From the NCBI GenBank assembly GCA_963813025.1, contig CAWEXO010000013.1:480001-544000 (forward strand): a stretch of DNA of 64,000 nucleotides, written 5' to 3'. How positions within the stretch are numbered: the first letter of the stretch is position 1; every line of letters starts with the position of its first letter. The notes beneath the pieces were generated by a model. The model was not told the DNA's origin. It searched no databases and saw only the letters and a list, made by a program, of their open reading frames with translations. This stretch comes from an uncultured Verrucomicrobiae bacterium. GTDB lineage: Bacteria; Verrucomicrobiota; Verrucomicrobiia; Chthoniobacterales; JAFAMB01. Positions 9,310-19,210 of the stretch are shown here, one piece after another. The translations under genes were made by a program, and so were the position numbers.

Positions 9310-10375
9310 ATGCGTATCATCGTAACAGGCGGCGTCAGGCTTTATCGGCTCAGCCGTATGCCGGCATCTGATCAGCGAAACGATGCGGAGGTAGTCAATA
9401 TCGACAAATTGACCTATGCGGGCAATGTCAATTCGCTCCGAATACTATGCGGCGATCCGCGCTACCGCTTTATCAAAGCTGATATCTGTGACGAAGCGGC
9501 CGTCGGAGGTCTGTTCAACGAGCTCTGCCCAGACGCAGTAGTGCATCTCGCCGCCGAAAGCCATGTGGATCGTTCGATCACAGGCTCGCGAAGCTTCATT
9601 GATACGAACATCCTTGGTACCTATACGATGTTGGAGGGGGCGCGCCGCTATTGGTACAGCCTGCCGGGCACGTCACAGGAAGGATTTCGTTTCCTGCACG
9701 TCTCGACGGACGAGGTCTATGGCTCGCTCGGAGCAAAGGGACTATTCAGTGAGTCGACCGCCTATAGTCCCTCGTCGCCCTATGCGGCCTCGAAGGCGGC
9801 ATCCGACCATCTGGCAATTGCGTGGCATCGTACCTACGGTCTGGCCGGTTATTGTTTCCAACTGTTCGAATAATTATGGCCCGTATCAATTCCCGAAGAA
9901 ACTGATCCCATCGATGATTTTGAACGCCATCGAGGGCAAGCCGCTGCCGGTTTACGGGGACGGCTCCAACGTGCGTGATTGGCTTTATGTCGAAGATCAC
10001 GCCAGGACGCTATATTTCATCCTCACAAAAGAAAGATCCGGGGAAACCTATAACGTCGGCGGGCGCAACGAACGTACCAACCTTGAGGTCGTAAAAGCGA
10101 TTTGTAGTGCCATTGATCAGGTGCACCCACATGGCGCGCCACCTGATCGACTCATCACCTATGTCGCGGATCGACCCGGACATGACCATCGTTATACGAT
10201 CGACGTCGGCAAGCTTGAAAGGGAGCTTGGGTGAGGGGCCGGAGAATCTTTTTTGTCAGGACTCGTCAAAACCGTGCGTTGGTATTTGGAAAACGACTGG
10301 TGGTGGTCTCCTCTGCGAAAGAAGGTCTATGCCGGCGAGAGGATTGGCCTTCTAACGGCCGAAAGGCAGTTCTGA
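9310..10375 (+). pseudogene. rfbB: dTDP-glucose 4,6-dehydratase, disrupted
   Basis: [61 protein letters not shown]; frameshifts near 9335, 9380 and 9845, in-frame TGA at 10232. Confidence 0.9.
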
Positions 10376-10485
10376 TGTCGCTCCGTGTGGGGCGGCGATT
10401 GTGGTTGTGGCTACGCCGCCTTTATGTGAGAGATCTGTGGTTTATCTCTTAGTCGGTTTTTGGGCCCAATTACGGAAAATTTCCT

Positions 10486-11370
10486 ATGAAAGGCATTATC
10501 CTCGCCGGCGGCAATGGCACGCGCCTCTATCCATTGACGCTGGCCACTTCCAAACAGCTTATGCCGGTTTACGATAAACCGATGATCTATTATCCGCTGA
10601 GCGTGCTGATGCTTGCCGGAATCACCGAGATCCTGATCATCTCAACGCCGGCCGACTTGCCGCAGTTTCAACGTCTGCTCGGCGATGGTTCGCAATGGGG
10701 GTTGGCGTTCACCTATGCGGTACAACCGAGCCCGGACGGCTTAGCGCAGGCCTATATTATCGGCGCCGATTTTATTAAAGGAGGACAGTCAGCGCTTATC
10801 CTCGGCGATAATGTTTTCTACGGCCATGGGTTGCCAGACCTGTTGGCTCCCGGGCATGTTGCGCCGAACGGTGCCACCGTTTTTGCCTACTACGTCAATG
10901 ACCCCGAGCGGTACGGCGTCGTGGAATTCCACGTAGACGGCGCCCCACGCTCCATCGAAGAAAAGCCGCACGCACCGGTCTCAAACTGGGCGCTGACAGG
11001 GCTTTACTTCTGCGATGAGCAGGTTGTCAGTATTGCCGCGGGGCTGAATCCCTCTGGGCGAGGTGAACTGGAGATCGCCGATATCATTCGTGCATATCTT
11101 GAGCAGGGCAAACTCAGCGTGCGGCGAATGGGCCGCGGTTTCGCCTGGTTCGACACGGGCACGCATGACAGTCTCCTTGAGGCAGCAGCCTTTGTACAGA
11201 CACTAGAAAGACGTCAGGGACTGCGTATCGCTTGTCCGGAGGAAATTGCTTATCTCCAGGGTTTCATTACACATGACCAATTTGCTGCGCTCGCGAAAAA
11301 CTTCGAGAAAAGCACCTACGGCAGATACCTCTTGAAAGTCGCGAGCGAAAGAGAATCAACTGGTTCGTAA
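10486..11370 (+). CDS. rfbA: Glucose-1-phosphate thymidylyltransferase
   Basis: [53 protein letters not shown]. Confidence 0.97.
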   Translation: MKGIILAGGNGTRLYPLTLATSKQLMPVYDKPMIYYPLSVLMLAGITEILIISTPADLPQFQRLLGDGSQWGLAFTYAVQPSPDGLAQAYIIGADFIKGGQSALILGDNVFYGHGLPDLLAPGHVAPNGATVFAYYVNDPERYGVVEFHVDGAPRSIEEKPHAPVSNWALTGLYFCDEQVVSIAAGLNPSGRGELEIADIIRAYLEQGKLSVRRMGRGFAWFDTGTHDSLLEAAAFVQTLERRQGLRIACPEEIAYLQGFITHDQFAALAKNFEKSTYGRYLLKVASERESTGS

Positions 11371-11384
11371 AACCGGCCCGGATC

Positions 11385-11739
11385 CGGCGCCTCGAGCCGT
11401 CCGCTGGCCTTGAGTTCATCCAGCCGGCCCAGAGTCCCAAAGACCTGCTGGCGCACCTCCTCATCCTGCGGATGCTATGGACGATCTGGAGATATTGGTA
11501 TGAACCGGCGCTTTTGACTCGGAAAAACATTGTTCGCTGCTAGCGGTTGTGAATAACTCCGCGCCGCTACTCTAAGAGGGTTAACTGGAGACTACCGGTC
11601 GAGCCGGAGGCCCTTGCTACGACATCTAATTGAACGAAGCCTCACGAAGGCCACTATATCAGCGCGATGGATGGCAAGGCAAAGCGACGACAGCTACAAT
11701 GAAAAGCCCGGATCTTGTATTTAAACAATACAAAACAGT
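11385..11739 (-). mobile_element. IS1634-like element remnant (leader plus frameshifted transposase N-terminus, ATG 11530)
   Basis: MFFRVKSAGSYQYLQIVHSIR, then after a frameshift VRQQVFGTLGRLDELKASGRLEA. Confidence 0.7.
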
Positions 11740-11755
11740 GTAAGCGTCTTACTAA

Positions 11756-12460
11756 CTACACCGCGGGCGGTGGCGGCGGCGGCGACGATCGGTTTCGATT
11801 GCCCCAAGCGACGGCGGTTAGTTCTGTGATTTGGCTGATTGGGCGATCTGCCAATCCCGGCAGGACCGAAGCCAGATAGTCGCGGATGGGGATGTTGAGC
11901 CGTCGGCAGGTCTCAACGACCGATACGATCGCTGCAACTCGAGGGCCCGCCTCCTTGCTGCCGATGTGGATCCAATTCTTGCGGCCAAGTGCCACGGGGC
12001 GTATCGCGTTTTCAGCCAGGTTATTGCTCAACTCCAATTGCGGGTAGTCCAGGAAGCGGGTCAGCCGACTCCAAAGCGTCAGGGTGTAATTACAGCCCTT
12101 GGCCAGGGCGCTACCGGGCAAGGCTTGCATCCGCGCCGTTTCGATTGCCCCTTTAATCTGCTCCAGCAGCGGCCGCGCTTTTTGCTCTCGCAGAAGGTGA
12201 CGATCACTGTGGGTTAATTTCTGAGCCCGAGCCTGGGCGTCGATGGCAAAAAGTTGGTCCATCTGCGCCACGATCCCAATGGCGGCCTGATCTTTGGGAT
12301 TGAGTTTGACCGCGTCAAAAAATTTGCGCCTCGCATGCGCCCAACAGCCTGCATGCACGATTCCGGGTCCGCCTACTCGATCATAGGCACCGTAGCCGTC
12401 GCTTTGGAGGACCCCTTCGAAATTGCCCAAGAAGCGTTTGGGACCTTCCCTTTCACGCCC
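11756..12460 (-). pseudogene. tnpC: IS66 transposase TnpC, C-terminal half
   Basis: LQSDGYGAY, GCWAHARRKF, SNNLAENAIRPVALGRKNW. Confidence 0.92.
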
Positions 12461-12819
12461 GAGCCTTCCAGCACCTCGACCGCACGACGCAGTTGCACCG
12501 CGTCAAAATCCCGGCTCAGTTCGATTCGCCGCCCCTTGGCTAAAATCACTTCTAATCCGCAGCAACCCTCCTGTGGTCTGCCTCGGACTAACCCGTCGCC
12601 ATCGGTTAGCTCTACCGCCACCAGCCCTTTGACTTCCCCTTGCGAGCCTGAGGCTATCCGCTCTCTCCTGAGGCCTCGCTGCAGCGTCCCATGCGTCAGC
12701 CCGTGGATTCGACAGTACTCACTCTGTCGCAACCCGCTGGTCCGAAACTCTGCCACCAGTCGCTGGATTTCCTGGCTGCTACGCCGCCGCCGTCGCTTAA
12801 CTTCCTCGTCTTCGCTCAT
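12461..12819 (-). pseudogene. tnpA: IS66 accessory protein TnpA, running into the deletion junction
   Basis: LVAEFRTSGLRQSEYCRIHGL...LEVILAKGRRIEL..FDAVQLRRAVEVLE. Confidence 0.8.
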
Positions 12820-12855
12820 CCACCCACTTGAGCAAAATCCGACGTCGCCGACCAG

Positions 12856-13500
12856 ATGGGGTTAGTAAGACGGATACTTCTGCTTCGGCACGGGCTACGC
12901 ACGGTGATCCCCGAAGCCATGCGCGCCCGGATGCGTCCCTATCGAAGGCCGGATATCGCACAAGACCAATGGGAACAGGAATATCGAGACGGCTGCTGGA
13001 ACTACCTTCAGAGCGCGCGCGAACTGGCACACTATAGCGTGATTCTGGGCTACTACATGCATTACTGTTCCGGCGGAAGCGTGCTCGATGTTGGTTGTGG
13101 CGAGGGCGTCTTGCAGCGACGGTTGCGCGCGTTAGGCTATGCTCGTTACCTCGGGATTGACAGCTCGGAACAGGCGATCGCGCGGGCGCAAGCGCAACAA
13201 GATACCCTAACGGAGTTCCGATGTGCAAACGCCGAGACGTATTCGCCGCAGGAGAGGTTTGATGTGATCGTTTTCAACGAAGTGTTATATTACCTGAGGG
13301 ACCCGGTTGGTGTCGTCCGGCGACTCACCTGCGCTCTTAACCCAGACGGAATCGCGATCGTTTCAATGTTTCGAATAGGGAGTAGGCGACAGATCTGGCT
13401 ATCCCTTGAGCGAGCTGTGCGGATCGAAGATGGGGTAACGGTGACACACCACGACGTTGGGTCGTGGGACGTCAAAGTGATCCGCCAGCTGGACCTTTAA
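12856..13500 (+). CDS. Class I SAM-dependent methyltransferase; native start probably lost (ATG lies within the IS66 end)
   Basis: VLDVGCGEG, GIDSSEQAI, FDVIVFNEVLYY. Confidence 0.88.
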   Translation: MGLVRRILLLRHGLRTVIPEAMRARMRPYRRPDIAQDQWEQEYRDGCWNYLQSARELAHYSVILGYYMHYCSGGSVLDVGCGEGVLQRRLRALGYARYLGIDSSEQAIARAQAQQDTLTEFRCANAETYSPQERFDVIVFNEVLYYLRDPVGVVRRLTCALNPDGIAIVSMFRIGSRRQIWLSLERAVRIEDGVTVTHHDVGSWDVKVIRQLDL

Positions 13501-13628
13501 TTAACAAAGTCACAGGCTTCGATGAGAAAAGAAGCTCGGCGCCCGCTTACATCAACGCCAGCGTTCTCTGTCTCCGGCGCTGCGAAGTTCAGGGGAGAGC
13601 CCAACCCGTGAGAATCACTACGACACTT

Positions 13629-14393
13629 ATGGAACGGGATAAGGAGATCCGATCGGCAGTCCCGATTTTGATGTATCATAAGATCGGACTTGCGCCGCCG
13701 CGCTCGACGCTGTCGTGGTTGTACTTCTCGCCCGAGGGTTTTCCTAAAATGATTGGCTCGTTGATGGCTAACGGATTTCAGACATTGTCAATGGACAACG
13801 TGCTGCGGGCGCAGGAGCCAAGCGCTCCTCGCTTTGTAATCTCATTCGACGATGGTTACGAGAGCGTTTTGAAATATGCGGCAGATTACCTGCGTGAACA
13901 CAAATTCAGCGCCATTCAGTTTCTCGTGGCGGATCTCCTCGGTCGCGCAAACGAATGGGACTTCGGCCAGCGGGTCGGAATAGAGTCCCTGATGGACCGA
14001 ACGCAGGTAATGGAATGGCTCTCGCTCGGGCATGAAATCGGTGCGCACACCCTAACACATCCGCGATAAACTCAGATTCCTTTGGGTCGCGCGCGAGAGG
14101 AGATCTATTCGAGCAAGAAGAAGCTTGAAGACCTCTTTGGTGTTCCGGTCCGGCACTTCGCTTACCCGTACGGCGACCACAATCAGAACGTCGCGGTTCT
14201 CGTACAAGAAGCGGGCTTTCATACAGCATGTACAACCGATTCAGGATGTGTTCGAACAGGCGATGATCCTTTTCAGTTGCCTCGGCTTACGGCCCGGGAG
14301 CGGAATCTTCTCAATTGGGCCGCTTTCCGACTCCGGAAGAGCGTTCGGAGTTTAACACGTCTTGGTAAACAAGTAATCAAGGATTCAGCATGA
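13629..14393 (+). pseudogene. Polysaccharide deacetylase (CE4/NodB) with an in-frame stop
   Basis: PILMYH, ISFDDGY, EIGAHTLTHPR*, FAYPYG; TAA at 14067-14069 with the same frame continuing. Confidence 0.88.
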
Positions 14394-14535
14394 TTTGGAA
14401 TCACACCTTCCCGATTCGGAGGGTCGCCAGCGTCGGCTGCCTGCTTCGCCATGGGTTACGCGCGGCGGTCCCTCCTGAAGCCGTTCGTGCTCGCCTTCGT
14501 CCTTACCGAAAGCCACACATCGCGAAAGAGCAAGG
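14390..14535 (+). pseudogene. N-terminal stub of a methyltransferase paralog
   Basis: LLRHGLRAAVPPEAVRARLRPYRKPHIAKEQ versus LLRHGLRTVIPEAMRARMRPYRRPDIAQDQ near 12880. Confidence 0.7.
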
Positions 14536-14560
14536 ATCGCCGATAATTTCCGATGCCAGC

Positions 14561-15400
14561 TCAGTTTGCGCCCTGGGCTAACGTAATCTCCGTGACTTCA
14601 GGGGGGCAATTGAACCGGAAGGGAATGCCTACCATCCCTATCCCGCGGCTGGTGTAGACCTGGCCTGCACCGACGTGATAGAGGCCTTCAACATACGCGT
14701 GACCCCACGGCGGCAGAATGACTGCGCCGAGGCCTGGAACACGGACCTGGCCGCCGTGAGTGTGACCGGACAGTTGGAGATCCACCGGAACCAGCTTAGC
14801 CAGCCGCTCAATATAATCCGGTTCATGAACTAATGCCAAACTGACGGTCTCATTTTTCCGGGTCGAAAAGGCGGCTCTCGGTTCGGTTGGCCGGCTAATA
14901 CCGAATCAATGCCGGCCAGGAAGATGGATGCTTCACCGATCGTTAACTCGACTCCTGCATTCATCAGGATAGGAATTGACGCACGACGGAATGCGTCCAA
15001 GACGGTACGGGCTCCTCGAAAGTGATCGTAGTTGCCGAGTACGGCGAAAAGCCCGTGTTTGGCATCAAGACTCGCTAAAATCGATCCCAATTCAAAGGCA
15101 GCTTCCGCGAAGCCGCAAACAAAGTCGCCGCCCAGCAGGACAAGGTCAGGCTTTAGGGCATTGCTGATTTCTACCGTCCGCCGAATCAGGCTGGCCGTGG
15201 TGAACGGATGAAAATGGAGATCCGTCAGGAGAACGATTCGAAAGCCGTCGAACGCGTTCGGCAGCTTCGGCAACTGCACCTGCTTCCGTTCGAGAACCAA
15301 GTTGTTTGGCTCAAACGCTGCTGCGTGGCCAGCCACCGCACCAAGGCCAGTGGCAATCGTTGCTCCCCCGGTTAATTGTAAAAATTCGCGCCGATTGATA
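14561..15400 (-). pseudogene. YkuE-like metallophosphoesterase, frameshifted, with a Tat-like leader
   Basis: NRREFL leader, TDLH, GGDF, GNYD (normally GNHD), frameshift near 14870, HEPD, LSGHTHGGQ; start uncertain. Confidence 0.85.
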
Positions 15401-15931
15401 GATATTCGTCCAGGTTGGGTAGCCGCTTTTACAGGCTTCCCGTATTTTCGATCAGTCCACCGGATAATAGCCTGGATTGTAGTGGTTCGAAAGCGAGTCG
15501 ATATTTCCTCCTGGAGAAAGGCGCTAACTGCTGGGGGGCGATGTCCCGTATGATCCTTACATCCCTACCGGCGAGTCACTCCTGCATCGGTCATCGAGCT
15601 GGCCCCCGAACCGGATGACCAATGTGCGAATAGTTCGCAAGGCTGTCTTCTACGATGCTTCTCCTCCATCCGGAGACATACAGATACGAATCCTTGTTCC
15701 GTAAAATGCGCACCAGAGTGGTATGAAAAAATGTCGAAAGAGTTACCTAAAAACGCACGAGTGATGTTCCCTTGAAAGGAGACAACTCATCTTGCACGAA
15801 GCCAACTGCTGAACAGTTCGACAACGTGGTCGCTCTTCTCGTCCATGGCGAGGAGACATGCGGTGCGAAGGCGGCGTAGTCCCCGGTTTTCCCCGGTCTC
15901 TGTCGGCTTTACCAATAACAGCACTGCAGCC

Positions 15932-17104
15932 TCAACCTTTTCTGGCGCAGGCGGCAAAATGGGTCAGATACTGGTCGACGGTGGTGCGCAGATCAAAACA
16001 GGCTTCAACCCGGGCGCGCCCGGCCGCGGCGATGGGGGCGAGGTCGATCTGGCCTTGGAGTATCTTCGCCAGGACGTTGGCCAGTTCACGGCTGTCGTTG
16101 GCCGGAACCAGTAAGCCCGCCCGCCCATCATCAACGATCTCAGGCGAGCCGCCCAAATTGCTGGCGATGACCGGCTTGCCCATGGCCATCGCCTCATAGA
16201 TGGTCGTGCCCAGCGGTTCGGGTTCAATCGAAGTGTTCAGGACGATGTCCAAATCGAGATAGACGTCCCGCATGTTCTTGTGTTTGCCGGCAAAGAGGAC
16301 GCGATCCTGAAGACCATCTTTTTGGATTTGCTGCTCAAGTCGCGTTTGGTGGGCCGCGCCGAGTGTGCTGTTTTCGAAGACTTCACCGACGAAAATAAAG
16401 CGCCATGGGGCGGCAACCGGAAACTCGTCGCGCAAAAGGCGGGCGGCTTCGATCACGACATGGTGGCCCTTTGCTTCGCTGATCGTTGCGACCAGACCGA
16501 TGAGCTTCACGTTATCATCCAGACTGACTTTACCGCGCAAGAGATGCGAACGGTCGGGACTCGGCGCATAATTCGCCACATCCAGGCCGTTGTAGATGGT
16601 CTTGATCCGTGCTGCTGGTACACCGGAGATTTGCAACCCTCGATTCATCGCCTCGGAGACCGCAATGAAACCATCGCAGAACTTGGCGAGAAGAAAGACC
16701 AGCTTGGCGTCGGATGTGCCGGGTTGGAGAACGGGATGGTAGTGGATGCAAATATTGGGTACGCCCGCTAGTCGGGCCGCCGGGCCCGCATAGGGGAGAG
16801 GACCGAGTGCATTGCTGATGACGAGGTCGGCGTGAAACGTTCGGATGATCCGTCTTAAACGTTGCACGACGCCGGGGAAGCGGCCCGCCAAGCGTGGAAG
16901 GGAAAAGGCGTCTTCAGACCGAGCCATCTTCGTCAGGCCGGGCTCAATTTCAACGGCAATCCCCGCCTGCCGTAGGCGATCCGCAAAAGCGCCCTCTGGC
17001 AAAACCACGAGAATGGGGTGATCCTTGATGCTCTCGACAATCCGCTGCGTGCAGATCTCGGCCCCGGAGACATCGCGCCGATGGGAGACAAACAGCAAAT
17101 TCAC
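15932..17104 (-). CDS. Glycosyltransferase family 4
   Basis: SGAE, IYNGLD, KGH, EPLGTTIYEAMAMGKPVI. Confidence 0.92.
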   Translation of the reverse strand: MNLLFVSHRRDVSGAEICTQRIVESIKDHPILVVLPEGAFADRLRQAGIAVEIEPGLTKMARSEDAFSLPRLAGRFPGVVQRLRRIIRTFHADLVISNALGPLPYAGPAARLAGVPNICIHYHPVLQPGTSDAKLVFLLAKFCDGFIAVSEAMNRGLQISGVPAARIKTIYNGLDVANYAPSPDRSHLLRGKVSLDDNVKLIGLVATISEAKGHHVVIEAARLLRDEFPVAAPWRFIFVGEVFENSTLGAAHQTRLEQQIQKDGLQDRVLFAGKHKNMRDVYLDLDIVLNTSIEPEPLGTTIYEAMAMGKPVIASNLGGSPEIVDDGRAGLLVPANDSRELANVLAKILQGQIDLAPIAAAGRARVEACFDLRTTVDQYLTHFAACARKG

Positions 17105-17345
17105 GTGGCGAGGGGATAGGTAGTGCGGGGCTGGTTACGGTAGGGAAAGAGCGAGACTCATGGGACGCATTTCTGTCAGATTTATCACGTTAGGTTTGAT
17201 CTTCCTTTTTAAGCAAATAACATTTTAGGTCTTATGTACACTCGGTTTTATCGAGCAACAGCCTCGAATCATCCAAGGAGGTGACGCTTGTTTTGGTGTT
17301 CCTTCGTGAACGGGTTCAGACAAGACCCGTCCGCTTGTTGACCGC

Positions 17346-18275
17346 ATGAGTGATTCTATCCCCACCTCGCCGGATTGGGCTCACCGCTCGATCAGCATTG
17401 CCATTATTTCCAGAGGAAGACCCGGGATCCTCGACGACACCCTGGAGGGCATCTTGCGTCAGTCGCAGCAGCCGCAGCAGGTCATTGTGGTGGTTCCCAC
17501 GGCGGAGGATCTTCCCCGGAAACAGTGGGGAGAGTCCGTCCAGTTTATCGTCGGCCCCCATGGCGGCTGTGTGCAACGCAACAAGGCGCTAGAGGCTATT
17601 CCCTTGTCGGTCGATTACGTCGGTTTTTTCGATGATGATATTGAACTGAGAGTCGATTTCTTAGAGCAGGCTACTCTGTTCATGCAGCGTAACCCGACGA
17701 CGATCGCCTTTTCGGGTCACCTCCTGGCCGATGGCAGCGATCTCACCCGCGCAGAAGCCAGGCGCTTACTTGCGCATCACACCCATCTGGAAAACCTGAA
17801 TGGGCTTTTCCGTAGCAAGGGCAAATTTCATTCCCTGCATGGGTGCAACATGGTCGTTCGCCGCTGCATTCTCGATTACGAAAAGTTCGATGAAAATCTT
17901 CCGCTCTACTCTTTTGCGGAGGATTACGACCTTTCGATGCGTCTGGAACGCTATGGGAATATCGGCAAGTTTGGCCTTTGCATCGGGGTGCATCTGGCTT
18001 CGCCGGGAGGGCGAGTGCGCGAAGTCCTCCGTGGTTATTCTTTCGTGGCGAATCACTGGTACTTTCTGAAAAAAGGGACGGTTCATCTGCCGCCTTTACT
18101 CGCCTGGGTACGCTTTTGGCTGACCGTTTTGGGGAGAACGTTTTTATTCACGCTCTGGAAAGTTTTGACCCGGGATCGGTCGCTCGATTGGCCGGGGAGG
18201 CTAAAGGGGATATTGCTGGCGTTCCAAGACATCGTTCTTGGACGGTCCCATCCCCGACGCATTTTGGAGCTGTAG
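17346..18275 (+). CDS. Glycosyltransferase family 2 (paralog of 1689-2582)
   Basis: SRGRP, QRN, FFDDDIE, FDENLPLYSFAEDYD. Confidence 0.9.
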   Translation: MSDSIPTSPDWAHRSISIAIISRGRPGILDDTLEGILRQSQQPQQVIVVVPTAEDLPRKQWGESVQFIVGPHGGCVQRNKALEAIPLSVDYVGFFDDDIELRVDFLEQATLFMQRNPTTIAFSGHLLADGSDLTRAEARRLLAHHTHLENLNGLFRSKGKFHSLHGCNMVVRRCILDYEKFDENLPLYSFAEDYDLSMRLERYGNIGKFGLCIGVHLASPGGRVREVLRGYSFVANHWYFLKKGTVHLPPLLAWVRFWLTVLGRTFLFTLWKVLTRDRSLDWPGRLKGILLAFQDIVLGRSHPRRILEL

Positions 18276-19210
18276 TCGTTCCTCCCAGGGAGCTTTTCTT
18301 CGCGGTCCGCAAGATAGCGCTTAAGTCACTCCGAGCAACTTCTCAAGACAGCCTTTGAGTTCGAATATAGTCGAGAACGAACTTCTTTAAGGAGAGTTCT
18401 TCCAGCGTCAACGCGTTCTCGGTTGGAAGAAAGCGATGTGTATGAAATCCAAGGGTTGATCATCTGGCTCAGCCCGGGCTTTTGAAGCGAGTAATCGCCG
18501 GGTCGCTTCCGAGTGGACCCTCGTCTCTTCCGATGCCTCGCATTTGGCAAATGATTATCGACGATGAGATCGAGGCGCATAACCTGCCGAGCGGAATTAT
18601 TTTTCACATGCATCGAGAGGCTGCAGCAGGCGCCCAGTCGTTTTGTCAAAGGTTGGCATTGACACTTTCGATGCTCGTAGCGGACCAAATCTGGCGGATC
18701 GATCAGCGCGAACCGGAGATATTTTGGGTGGTCTCCGCGGGCGGATATTTAGAGGAGTTTCTGCAACTGATCATTCATATGCCGCGATATCCATTAACAG
18801 CTGTGAGATTTGGCGTTTCTAGCCTTGTTGTCCGCCCGCCAATTGGTTCTCAGCCATTTTTTACGAGAAACCGCAGGAGCTCTCTTCGCGGGTTTAGCTG
18901 CACACTCTTGTCTGCCGCTGTCGTGCGCTGGTTCTGCGACCTTTGGTCTTATGCTGGGAATGCTTGGCCATGCGGTTCGATGGCCGATTCCGAGCGGCGG
19001 CGCTCAGATGATTTCCATCGTTAACTAAAACATCATCGTATTATGTTCCAATTTAAGGACGCGACCGGAAATCGTCGCTGGGCAATCTTGGGGGCTTAGC
19101 TCTCGGTCAGCCCGTGATCAAGGATTCAGCAAGCAACTTACAAAAGTTAAAATGTTATATCTTGCCAAGCCTCAAGCCAATGCGGCCAAAATCCGATCTG
19201 TGATTTGCAA

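Larger units (their letters stand above)
11740..12877 (-). mobile_element. Internally deleted IS66-family element
   Basis: IRs GTAAGCGTCTTACTAAC (11740) / revcomp GTATCCGTCTTACTAAC (12877); tnpA joined directly to the 3' half of tnpC; tnpB absent. Confidence 0.9.

Noticed and set aside
18326..19028. ORFs of 120-180 aa between the GT2 and Wzc-like genes
   Set aside because: No recognisable motifs in the frames examined; probably degraded or non-coding
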